Positions 9,041-17,834 of a stretch of DNA of 32,000 bases are shown piece by piece (position 1 is the stretch's first letter; every line of letters starts with the position of its first letter). The stretch comes from Candidatus Arthromitus sp. SFB-rat-Yit. GTDB lineage: Bacteria > Bacillota > Clostridia > Clostridiales > Clostridiaceae. The notes under the pieces were generated by a model. It was not told where the DNA came from. It did no database searches and worked only from the letters and a program-made list of their open reading frames with translations. The DNA is taken from positions 1,410,001 to 1,442,000 of the forward strand of contig NC_016012.1 in assembly GCF_000283555.1 (NCBI RefSeq), written 5' to 3'. The position numbers and the translations under genes were made by a program.

Positions 9041-9910
9041 TTACAAAATATCATTTATAAAATAAGTTGCAGTATTATTGTCAAATTCATTATTTTTAGA
9101 AATATATGCTGTTATATCATTTATCTCTATATCTCTTATAACTTCTTCATATTGATTAAGCATAATTCTAACTTTAACTCTTTCTTTCAATATACTTAAT
9201 CCAATTACTTCAGCCCTACCAAATTTGGTATCGACTATATATCCAATCCTAGGCATTTTATTTTTTATATAATCATATGTATCCTGCTCATATTTCAAAC
9301 AACACATAAGTCTACCACACATTCCAGATATCTTACTTGGATTCAACGATAAATCTTGTTCTTTTGCCATTTTTATAGAAACAGATGTAAAATCACCAAG
9401 AAAAGTCGAACAACATAAAGTTCTCCCACAAGTTCCTATCCCACCAACACTCTTTGCTTCATCTCTCACTCCAATTTGTCTTAACTCTATTCTAACTTTA
9501 AAAATTGAAGCAAGATTTTTAACTAAATTTCTAAAATCAACTCTTCCATCGGCAATAAAATAAAAAATTATCTTATTATTATCAAATGTATATTCAACTT
9601 CAACCAAATTCATTTTTAAGTCTAGTTCTCTTATTTTTTTGTTAGCTATATCAAAAGCTTCTTTCCCCTTTTTTTTATTTTCGTGATAAATCTTTTTATC
9701 TTCTTCCGTAGCAATCCTTATACATTTTTTTAAAGGATTACTTAAAGTGTTATCATCAACATCTTTCATTCCTATAACACATTTTCCATATTCAATACCT
9801 CTTGATGTTTCTACAATAATATAGTCTCCAACATTTACCTCAAATTCTTCACAAGAAAAATAATATATTTTTCCTACCTTCTTAAATCTTGCACCTATTA
9901 CACATCTCAT
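9041..9910 (-). CDS. ricT: PSP1-domain protein YaaT/RicT (stage 0 sporulation / RNase Y regulator family)
   Basis: Pattern GDYIIVETSRGIEYG...LRQIGVRDEAK...GTCGRTLCCSTFL...MCGRLMCCLKYE, a cysteine-rich PSP1 signature. ATGA overlap with the holB stop. holB-yaaT synteny. Confidence 0.85.
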   Translation of the reverse strand: MRCVIGARFKKVGKIYYFSCEEFEVNVGDYIIVETSRGIEYGKCVIGMKDVDDNTLSNPLKKCIRIATEEDKKIYHENKKKGKEAFDIANKKIRELDLKMNLVEVEYTFDNNKIIFYFIADGRVDFRNLVKNLASIFKVRIELRQIGVRDEAKSVGGIGTCGRTLCCSTFLGDFTSVSIKMAKEQDLSLNPSKISGMCGRLMCCLKYEQDTYDYIKNKMPRIGYIVDTKFGRAEVIGLSILKERVKVRIMLNQYEEVIRDIEINDITAYISKNNEFDNNTATYFINDIL

Positions 9911-10731
9911 ATGTTTCCTCCAATTCCAAATATAAAGACTCTAAAACTTAATTCAAAATTAATATTTAATTTAACTCTATTTTTAAATTTTCCCAAATCA
10001 TAAACAGCCTCTTCTATATTGAAATTTTTCAAAAATCTATCAAGTTCTACTATATATGGTAAAAACTTAATATTGGATATCATGTCACCATTTTTTGTCT
10101 TAATATATATATATATATCCCTAATAAACATGTATATCATATCTATTATTATATCTAATTTATCCTTATATGTAGCTAAATTAATTATATTTTCATTAAA
10201 ATCGCTGAATTTACATATTTTAAAATTAATTAATGCATTTATTATAAGTTCATATATTTTTTCAGAATCTTTATTGTTATATATTCTACTGATATTATGA
10301 TAATCGTACTTTAAAATAGAATTGAAGTTTACAACTACACACCTAGAAATTATTGTATTTAAAATTTTTTTCATATCAGTAATCATTAATACTATAAATA
10401 TATTTTTATTATGATCTTCCAGTGTTTTCAAAATAGCATTCTGTGATTCTATAGTCATCTTATCAGAATTGCTTATTAATACTACTTTATTTTCACAATA
10501 AATAGGTTTCTTCATTATCTCAGATTTAATTAATCTAACATCATTTATAGTAATCGATTTATTATAATTCTTAAAAAATACTACACTATCACCTATGACA
10601 TTTGTTCTACTTCCAACAATTTTATATGCAAATTCTAAAGAAATTTTGTCTATAAACTCTAAATTATCGCACAAAAAAATGTAAGATTGTGATAAGCTTA
10701 AATTCTTAAAGATCTTGTCTAATATTTCCAT
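9907..10731 (-). CDS. holB: DNA polymerase III delta' subunit (short, divergent)
   Basis: Position is tmk-holB-yaaT. Clamp-loader SRC motif (LNTIISRCVVVNF) and NAILKTLED (LLKTLEEP-like box) are present. It is only 274 aa, and I see no P-loop-like GxxGxGK remnant at the N-terminus. Confidence 0.65.
   Translation of the reverse strand: MEILDKIFKNLSLSQSYIFLCDNLEFIDKISLEFAYKIVGSRTNVIGDSVVFFKNYNKSITINDVRLIKSEIMKKPIYCENKVVLISNSDKMTIESQNAILKTLEDHNKNIFIVLMITDMKKILNTIISRCVVVNFNSILKYDYHNISRIYNNKDSEKIYELIINALINFKICKFSDFNENIINLATYKDKLDIIIDMIYMFIRDIYIYIKTKNGDMISNIKFLPYIVELDRFLKNFNIEEAVYDLGKFKNRVKLNINFELSFRVFIFGIGGNI
10103..10118. repeat. (AT)8 dinucleotide microsatellite inside holB
   Basis: atatatatatatatat read directly. 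It encodes IYIYI in holB. Confidence 0.9.
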
Positions 10732-10739
10732 AATAACAT

Positions 10740-11387
10740 TTAATCCTTACGCTTAATCTTATCTAAAATTCTATTGTATATACTTTCATTTATATCTAAT
10801 ATTGAAAATAAGTTTTCACCATCATCACACTTTATATTTATAAAATTGTACCTATCCCGCAAATGTTTAGCAGTTTCATAACACTTAATCATAAAATCAT
10901 AATCTTTTTCATAAATATCTTTATTGCATCTTTTCTTTATTATATCCAAATTTATATCTATAGATAAATCCATAAAAAACGTCATGTCTTCTTTAGGTAA
11001 TCCACATATACCATATTCAAAATCCAATACCCATTCAAAAAATTTGTTCCTATCTTCCACATCACTTATAAAACTTCCCTGATATATTAAATTTGAATAT
11101 ATATATCTATCGCATACTATAATATAACCCTGCCTTATGTATCTAATCATTTCATTCTTATATACCCCAAATCTATCCAAACCAAAAAATGTAGAAATTA
11201 AATAAGGATTTAAATCGCTACCAAAATTACCATTTAAATATTCTTTAACGAATATCGAATATTTATTGCTATAATTTGGAAATCCTATCCTTACAGTTTT
11301 TATTCCTATATCATTCAATCTCTTCTCTATTAACTTTGTTTGGGTTTCCTTGCCACTACCATCAAGTCCTTCAAATACTATTATCAT
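10740..11387 (-). CDS. tmk: Thymidylate kinase
   Basis: MIIVFEGLDGSGKETQ P-loop, DRY motif (VCDRYIYSNLIYQ), 215 aa. Lies between yaaO and holB. Confidence 0.85.
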   Translation of the reverse strand: MIIVFEGLDGSGKETQTKLIEKRLNDIGIKTVRIGFPNYSNKYSIFVKEYLNGNFGSDLNPYLISTFFGLDRFGVYKNEMIRYIRQGYIIVCDRYIYSNLIYQGSFISDVEDRNKFFEWVLDFEYGICGLPKEDMTFFMDLSIDINLDIIKKRCNKDIYEKDYDFMIKCYETAKHLRDRYNFINIKCDDGENLFSILDINESIYNRILDKIKRKD

Positions 11388-11391
11388 TTAT

Positions 11392-12840
11392 TTAATTATT
11401 CTCCTCTAATACTTTTAAATATTTCCTATTAAATACACCATTCACTCTATAGTTTAATTTTAAATACTCAAAAATAATTTCTACATGTTTTTCTTGTATG
11501 TATTCTCCTCTTACAACTATAGGAGTTCCAGGAGGATACAGAAATATGTCATTAAATATAATTCTATTAACACATTTTTTAATCTCTAAAAATTCATATG
11601 GTTTATATAATACTTCGTAAGGCTCAAATGCTTTTGTATTATCTAAATCATAAATTTTAGGAAATATTTCAAATATTTTATTTATATATTTAATCTCTTT
11701 AAAATTCCTAATGTTTAAATATAATTTTTGGAAATCATTTTGAGGGTTACAATAACTTGGAATTAATACAATACCATTAAAATAAGTCATCTCACATACG
11801 ATTTTATTTCTTAATAAATGATTATATAAATCCATGGCATGTACATTACCATACCTAAACATTAAACATAATCTTGAATTATCATAACAAAAATTATTAT
11901 TACTTTTAGTCTTTATCCAATCATTATCTACTCCTATTATATCAGAGTCAATTATAAGTTTCCTAAAATCATTGCATTCATCAATGTAATTCTGTGATAC
12001 ATCCTTATACTTTACACAATCATATAAACCTTTTTCTAAAGACATTAATATAATATAAGATGGGCTAGTAGTCATAAATATAGAAAAATATTCATCTACT
12101 TTTCCTACCATACTTGATTTATTTACGTGTAAATATGCTCCTTGAGTAAGTGACGCAAGTGTTTTATGTGCGCTCATAACACTTATATCACAAAATTTAT
12201 TTACACAACTAATACTTTTATTAAATGCTTTTATATGTGCTCCATGTGCTCCATCAATCAAAAATAAAATATTTTTACTTCTTAAATAAGAGTAAATCTT
12301 TTTTTGATCTATATATATACCATAATAATTTGGATTAGTTAGAATAACACCTTTTATTTCTTTATTATTTTCAACAATTTTAAGTATATCATTAAAAATT
12401 ATATCTTTACTATTATAATCTATAAATGAAAATTTATCAGGTAACAATAAATCCACATTATATTTGTCCCTGTCTATATACAAAACTTTAAGCTTTCTTA
12501 GAACAATGGCATTTATAATACTCTTATGACAACCCCTCTCAACCAAAACTGTATCTCCTTCATTAAAGCAACTAAAAAACATAATATGTATTCCACTTGT
12601 TGATCCATTAACCAAATAATAAGACTTCGTACTTTCATAAAATTCACTTAATTTATTTAATGAATCCTTTATACATTCGTAAGGATCATGTATATTATCA
12701 AGTCCATCAATCTCTGTTAAATCATATCTAAATAAATTCTCTATGTTAGAATAACCTTTCCCCTGCTTATGACCGGGCGTAGTAAAAAATGAATAATCAT
12801 CCATCAAATACTTCTCTATAGATTTAATTATTTCTCCCAC
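11392..12840 (-). CDS. Orn/Lys/Arg decarboxylase family PLP enzyme (YaaO-like)
   Basis: 482 aa. TTPGHKQG N-terminal motif, GSTSGIHIM, SAHKTL (PLP lysine). GTG start with AGGAGA 6 nt upstream. Upstream of tmk, as B. subtilis yaaO is. Confidence 0.75.
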   Translation of the reverse strand: MGEIIKSIEKYLMDDYSFFTTPGHKQGKGYSNIENLFRYDLTEIDGLDNIHDPYECIKDSLNKLSEFYESTKSYYLVNGSTSGIHIMFFSCFNEGDTVLVERGCHKSIINAIVLRKLKVLYIDRDKYNVDLLLPDKFSFIDYNSKDIIFNDILKIVENNKEIKGVILTNPNYYGIYIDQKKIYSYLRSKNILFLIDGAHGAHIKAFNKSISCVNKFCDISVMSAHKTLASLTQGAYLHVNKSSMVGKVDEYFSIFMTTSPSYIILMSLEKGLYDCVKYKDVSQNYIDECNDFRKLIIDSDIIGVDNDWIKTKSNNNFCYDNSRLCLMFRYGNVHAMDLYNHLLRNKIVCEMTYFNGIVLIPSYCNPQNDFQKLYLNIRNFKEIKYINKIFEIFPKIYDLDNTKAFEPYEVLYKPYEFLEIKKCVNRIIFNDIFLYPPGTPIVVRGEYIQEKHVEIIFEYLKLNYRVNGVFNRKYLKVLEENN

Positions 12841-12919
12841 ACAATTCTCCTATTTTAAAAATTATTGTTATTTGGTATACTTCTTTATATCTTAAATTTT
12901 TTATTCTAGGGGATTTTAA

Positions 12920-13852
12920 ATGATTTGTATATATAAAACTTCAAATAATATTCTTGAAAGAATTGATAACATTGAATCTGGATGCTGGATTAATATAGTT
13001 CAACCTTCTGAACAAGAATTGCTATTTTTATCAAAAAAAACAGATATATCTCTTGATCTCTTAAATGCTGCCCTCGATGAAGAAGAAACTTCAAGGATAG
13101 ATGTTGAAGGATCAAATATTTTAATAATAGTAGATGTACCATTTACTAGCATAGAAGAAAACTCTCTAACTTATGGAACATATCCTCTAGGTATAATCTC
13201 AAATGATAACTACATAGTAACTATATCTATTAAAAAAAATAAGGTTATATCCGATTTCATAGATGGTAAAATTAAAACATTTTACACAAATAAGAGATCT
13301 AGATTCACGCTCCAAATATTAAACAAAATAACAACTTATTTCTTACTTTACCTAAGACAAATAGATAAAAAAAGTCAATTCATTCACAACAGAATACACA
13401 AATCAATGAAAAACAAAGAACTCATACAATTGTTATCACTCGAAAAATCTCTTGTGTATTTTTCAACATCTCTAAAATCTAATGAAATGACCTTAGAAAA
13501 ACTACTTAAATATGATTTTATACAAAAATACGAAGAGGATAAACATCTTCTAGAAGATGTTATTATCGATAATAAACAAGCCATAGAAATGGCTCATATA
13601 TATGCAAGCGTTTTATCAAGTCTTTTAGAATTCTTCGCTGCACTTATATCTAACAACTTGAACATGGTTATGAAGTTTCTTGCATCTATGACCATAGTTA
13701 TCTCAGTTCCGTCCATAATCTTTACCATGTGGGGTTCAAATGTTCATCTCCCTTTTTCAGATAATCCATTTGGTTTTTTAATACTCTTAATTATAGCAAC
13801 AGTATTATCATCAATAATTGCTATAATTCTTTATAAAAAAGGTATGTTTTAA
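12920..13852 (+). CDS. corA: CorA-family divalent cation transporter (variant GSN signature)
   Basis: 310 aa. Soluble N-terminal domain (WINIVQPSEQEL...LDEEETSRIDVE) and two C-terminal TM helices flanking the loop FTMWGSNVHLPF. This aligns with the F(Y/F)GMNV-P loop of Firmicute CorA/YfjQ proteins. Confidence 0.75.
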   Translation: MICIYKTSNNILERIDNIESGCWINIVQPSEQELLFLSKKTDISLDLLNAALDEEETSRIDVEGSNILIIVDVPFTSIEENSLTYGTYPLGIISNDNYIVTISIKKNKVISDFIDGKIKTFYTNKRSRFTLQILNKITTYFLLYLRQIDKKSQFIHNRIHKSMKNKELIQLLSLEKSLVYFSTSLKSNEMTLEKLLKYDFIQKYEEDKHLLEDVIIDNKQAIEMAHIYASVLSSLLEFFAALISNNLNMVMKFLASMTIVISVPSIIFTMWGSNVHLPFSDNPFGFLILLIIATVLSSIIAIILYKKGMF

Positions 13853-13906
13853 TATTTAATTAAATATATCTATTAATAAATTTCAGTTTTTAAATTGGAG
13901 GTCATA

Positions 13907-14827
13907 ATGGCTATCGCCTGCAAAAAGTTAATATTTGGAGATAAAATATCTATTATATCTCCTTCCTCTCCATCTTCAAAGGAAACTATCGAAAACGCTC
14001 TTAATTCACTTAAATCCCTAAATTTCTGTTATAAAACATATAATCACTTGTACGATGATACCGGATATCTAGCAGGATTAGATATCCACAGAGCTGAAGA
14101 CTTCAATAATGCTCTAAAAGATAAAGAAAGTAAAGCAATAATGTGCTTAAGAGGTGGTTATGGCTCACTTCGTATTATGGATATTATTAAATGGTCCTTA
14201 TTTAAAAAAAATCCTAAAATTTTCATGGGGTTTAGTGATATTACACCAATTCTAAACTATATCTTTAAGAAATTTAATATAATTACATTTCATTCACCTA
14301 TGTTAACATCAGATTTAACAAACGAGTACTCCCGTGATAGTTTAATAAACTCTATTTCAATCCCGAGAAGTAACTATTTTATAAAAAACCCAGAAAATAT
14401 TCCTCTTAAATCATTTTCATCTCTTAAGAACATAACAGTTGGAAATATAGTTGGAGGCAACCTATCTCTTATATGTTCTACAATATCAACTAAATATGAA
14501 ATACCATTTAAAAATAATATATTATTTTTAGAAGAAGTGAATGAATCCCCTTATAAAGTAGATAGAATGCTACACCATCTTTATTTAACTGGAAAGATTC
14601 AAAAATGTTCTGGAATAATACTAGGTCAATTTACTGAGTGTAAAGATGATAACAATGTAAATATTGAAGAGGTTTTACTTGATAAACTACGTTTATTTAA
14701 CAAACCTTGTATATATAATCTATGTGCAGGACACGGATCACCAAGATTAACAATACCAATAGGAGCACGTGCGAGAATTAACACTAATAATTCAACTATC
14801 GAAATACTACAAAGCATCGTAGTATAA
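13907..14827 (+). CDS. ldcA: LD-carboxypeptidase (peptidase S66, LdcA/MccF family)
   Basis: GDKISIISPSS, RGGYGS, GFSDIT (nucleophile Ser), LEEVNESPYKVDRML, GHG (His). The ATG at 13907 is preceded by GGAGG at 13897..13901. The ORF-track TTG at 13895 overlaps the RBS. Confidence 0.75.
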   Translation: MAIACKKLIFGDKISIISPSSPSSKETIENALNSLKSLNFCYKTYNHLYDDTGYLAGLDIHRAEDFNNALKDKESKAIMCLRGGYGSLRIMDIIKWSLFKKNPKIFMGFSDITPILNYIFKKFNIITFHSPMLTSDLTNEYSRDSLINSISIPRSNYFIKNPENIPLKSFSSLKNITVGNIVGGNLSLICSTISTKYEIPFKNNILFLEEVNESPYKVDRMLHHLYLTGKIQKCSGIILGQFTECKDDNNVNIEEVLLDKLRLFNKPCIYNLCAGHGSPRLTIPIGARARINTNNSTIEILQSIVV

Positions 14828-14841
14828 AGCGTGTCAAAATT

Positions 14842-14872
14842 AAAGTAGATATTAAAAATATCTACTTTTTTA
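14842..14872 (+). terminator. Intrinsic terminator after ldcA
   Basis: AAAGTAGATAT-taaaa-ATATCTACTTT followed by a T-run, 15 nt after the ldcA stop. Confidence 0.65.
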
Positions 14873-14938
14873 TATACCCATTTAAATAATTTTGTAATAT
14901 AATATCGTTATCTCTTGCATTATTTTGTCGGAGGATAT

Positions 14939-16330
14939 ATGAGACAGGATTTTAAAAACTTCAAAACTAACATTAAAAATAAACATGTTGCAATCGTTGG
15001 ATTAGGTATAAGCAATATTCCATTAATAAATTTCTTATCTAAATTAGGTTGCAAAATCACTCTATTTGATAGAAAAGAAATTGAAAATTTTTCAAATTCT
15101 GAGATAAAATCATTCAATAAATTGAACATTAAATTTGTATTTGGAAAAAACTATCTAAATTACATTAATAATTTTGATTATATATTTAAAACACCTTCTA
15201 TAAGATCCGATATTTTAGAATTTGAAAATGCTAGAAAAAATGGTTCTATAATAACTTCTGAAATAGAAGAACTTCTTAGGTATTGTCCATCAAAAATATA
15301 TGGAATAACGGGAAGTGATGGGAAAACCACAACTACTAGTATTTTATATAATTTACTAAAAAATTCAGGACACAAAACATGGATTGGTGGAAATATAGGA
15401 TTCCCTTTATTTAGCAAGATTGAAGAAATGCATGAAGAGGATAAAGTTGTATTAGAGTTATCTAGTTTCCAATTAATGAACGTAACTCTCTCTCCTGATG
15501 TATCTATAATAACAAATATATCACCGAATCATTTGGATTATCATAAAGATATGGATGAATACATCAATTGTAAAAAGAACATATTTAAATTCCAAAATGA
15601 TAATAGTATTACAATATTAAATAGAGATTGTTCTATTACCAATTCATTTGAAAAAGAATTAAATGGAAGATGTAGAAAATTCTCTCTTGATCATACTTGC
15701 GATGAAGATGTTATAAAAAACGGTGCCTATTTGAAAAATGATGAACTATATGTATTAAACCAAAGAATATTTCATAAAGATGATCTCAAAATTAAAGGTG
15801 TTCACAATATGCTCAACTTTGCTGCTGCAATACTCGCAACAATACCAGATACATCTTACTCAACTATTAAAAATATTGCAAAAGAGTTCAGTGGTGTAAA
15901 ACATAGAAATGAATTTGTAGATACAATAAATAACATACATTTTTATAATGACTCAATAGCATCAACTCCTACAAGGACTCTTGCGACTTTATCCTGCTTC
16001 GATAAAAAAATTATATTGATTGCAGGTGGATACGATAAAAATATTTCATATGCACCATTGTTAAATGCTCATGATAAAATCAAAAAACTATATTTAATAG
16101 GAGCTACTAAACAAAAAATACACGATATCTTTAGAAAATACTCTTCTGATATAGAAATATTGACTTTTGACAATTTTAATAAACTTGTGATTCATGCATA
16201 CAAAAATGCTGAGGAAAATGATATTATACTTTTATCACCAGCTTCAGCAAGTTTTGATATGTTCAAAAATTTTGAGGATCGTGGGGATAAATTTAAAAAA
16301 ATTATTCAAACAATAAAAGCTAGTAAATAA
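14939..16330 (+). CDS. murD: UDP-N-acetylmuramoyl-L-alanine--D-glutamate ligase
   Basis: N-terminal Rossmann motif VAIVGLGISN, Mur ligase P-loop GITGSDGKTTTT, NISPNHLDYH, HRNEF. The ATG at 14939 has GGAGG 5 nt upstream. The ORF-track TTG at 14915 is an extension. Confidence 0.87.
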   Translation: MRQDFKNFKTNIKNKHVAIVGLGISNIPLINFLSKLGCKITLFDRKEIENFSNSEIKSFNKLNIKFVFGKNYLNYINNFDYIFKTPSIRSDILEFENARKNGSIITSEIEELLRYCPSKIYGITGSDGKTTTTSILYNLLKNSGHKTWIGGNIGFPLFSKIEEMHEEDKVVLELSSFQLMNVTLSPDVSIITNISPNHLDYHKDMDEYINCKKNIFKFQNDNSITILNRDCSITNSFEKELNGRCRKFSLDHTCDEDVIKNGAYLKNDELYVLNQRIFHKDDLKIKGVHNMLNFAAAILATIPDTSYSTIKNIAKEFSGVKHRNEFVDTINNIHFYNDSIASTPTRTLATLSCFDKKIILIAGGYDKNISYAPLLNAHDKIKKLYLIGATKQKIHDIFRKYSSDIEILTFDNFNKLVIHAYKNAEENDIILLSPASASFDMFKNFEDRGDKFKKIIQTIKASK

Positions 16331-16350
16331 AAATTTACTAGCTTTTAACT
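16319..16350. terminator. Bidirectional terminator between convergent murD and glyQS
   Basis: GCTAGTAAAT-aaaa-ATTTACTAGC. The left arm overlaps the murD stop codon. T-runs follow on both strands (TTTTAACTTTTT on plus, TTTTATTG on minus). Confidence 0.65.
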
Positions 16351-16356
16351 TTTTCA

Positions 16357-17742
16357 TCAAAATTCAAATTTAGAACTGAAATACTCATCTAGATACTCTA
16401 TACTAATCCTAGTTTGCTCCATACTATCCCTATCTCTAATAGTTACACTATTATCTTCCAATGAATCAAAGTCAATAGTCACACAATAAGGAGTTCCTAT
16501 TTCATCCTGTCTTCTATATCTTTTACCTATAGCTCCAGATTCATCATATTCACAATTGTATTTTTTACTTAATTTATCATAAACACCCATAGCCTTATCA
16601 GACAATTTTTTAGATAATGGAAACACCCCGATTTTTATAGGCGCTACTGCTGGGTGAAGCCTTAATACAATTCGAGTATCACACTCTTTTATTTCTTCCT
16701 CATCATATGCATTGCATAATACACTTAAAAGTAATCTATCAACACCAAGAGATGGCTCTATACAATAAGGAATATATTTTTCATTCAATTCTTGATCAAA
16801 ATACACAAGTTCTTCAGATGAATGATTCATATGAGCTTTTAAATCATAGTCAGTTCTATCAGCAATTCCCCAAAGTTCACCAAATCCAAAAGGAAACTTA
16901 AACTCAATATCACTAGTTGCATTTGAATAGAATGATAATTCCTCTTTAGAATGATCTCTAATTCTTAAATTCTCCTCTTTTATACCAAGGTCCATCAAAA
17001 ATTTTAAAGAATATTCTTTCCAATACTCAAACCATTTCAAATCTTCCCCAGGCTTGCAGAAAAACTCTAATTCCATTTGCTCAAACTCTCTAGTCCTAAA
17101 TATAAAGTTACCAGGAGTTATTTCATTTCTAAAACTTTTACCAATTTGAGCTATACCAAATGGAAGTTTTTTTCTTGAACTTCTAAGAACATTTTTAAAA
17201 TTAACAAATATACCTTGAGCTGTTTCAGGTCTTAAATAAATCTCGGATTTACTATCCTCAGTAACACCTTGAAACGTTTTAAACATAAGATTAAAACTTC
17301 TTATATCTGTATAGTTTTTCTCACCACACTTAGGACAAACTATATTTTCATCATCTATAATTCTCTTAAGCTCTTCCCTAGAATATCCATCAAGCCCAAG
17401 AATTTCACGTCCACTCTCTATAAAATGATCCTCTATTAATTTATCTGCTCTAAACCTACTTTTACATTCCTTACAATCCATTAAAGGATCTGAGAATCCT
17501 CCAATATGACCAGATGCTACCCAAACTTCTCTATTCATTAAGATAGCAGAATCGAGCCCAACATTATATGAACTTTCATATACAAATCTTTTCCACCAAG
17601 CCTTCTTCAAATTATTTTTAATCTCAACTCCAAGAGGACCATAATCCCAAGAATTTGCAAGTCCTCCATATATCTCAGAACCCTGAAATATAAATCCTCT
17701 ATTTTTACATAATGATAGAATTTTTTCCATTGAAACGTCCAT
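16357..17742 (-). CDS. glyQS: Glycine--tRNA ligase (single-chain alpha2 type, GlyQS)
   Basis: [34 protein letters not shown] is near-identical in pattern to Firmicute GlyQS N-termini. Class II motifs FRNEITP and GVDRL. The ATG at 17742 has GGAGG 5 nt upstream. The track's TTG at 17754 lies in the RBS. Confidence 0.92.
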   Translation of the reverse strand: MDVSMEKILSLCKNRGFIFQGSEIYGGLANSWDYGPLGVEIKNNLKKAWWKRFVYESSYNVGLDSAILMNREVWVASGHIGGFSDPLMDCKECKSRFRADKLIEDHFIESGREILGLDGYSREELKRIIDDENIVCPKCGEKNYTDIRSFNLMFKTFQGVTEDSKSEIYLRPETAQGIFVNFKNVLRSSRKKLPFGIAQIGKSFRNEITPGNFIFRTREFEQMELEFFCKPGEDLKWFEYWKEYSLKFLMDLGIKEENLRIRDHSKEELSFYSNATSDIEFKFPFGFGELWGIADRTDYDLKAHMNHSSEELVYFDQELNEKYIPYCIEPSLGVDRLLLSVLCNAYDEEEIKECDTRIVLRLHPAVAPIKIGVFPLSKKLSDKAMGVYDKLSKKYNCEYDESGAIGKRYRRQDEIGTPYCVTIDFDSLEDNSVTIRDRDSMEQTRISIEYLDEYFSSKFEF

Positions 17743-17772
17743 ATCTTCCTCCAATAATAAGCATATTTTTTT

Positions 17773-17781
17773 ATTATAACA
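17773..17781 (-). promoter_or_regulatory. Extended -10 element (TGTTATAAT) upstream of glyQS
   Basis: Minus strand reads TGtTATAAT about 30 nt upstream of the glyQS start. No good -35. It implies a very short leader. Confidence 0.35.
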
Positions 17782-17834
17782 AAAATATATAAATTAAAAA
17801 ATATAAATCAAAAAATATACCCAAAAATCATAAT

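Noticed and set aside
10103-10118. (AT)8 microsatellite as a possible phase-variation switch.
   Set aside because: It lies inside holB, an essential clamp-loader gene, where a dinucleotide slip would cause a frameshift. It encodes IYIYI in a very AT-rich genome, where such runs arise by composition. There is no contingency-gene context.
12841-12919. Possible M-box (Mg2+) riboswitch upstream of corA.
   Set aside because: The divergent intergenic region is only 79 nt of A/T-rich sequence. That is far too short for an M-box of about 160 nt, and it has no GC-rich helices.
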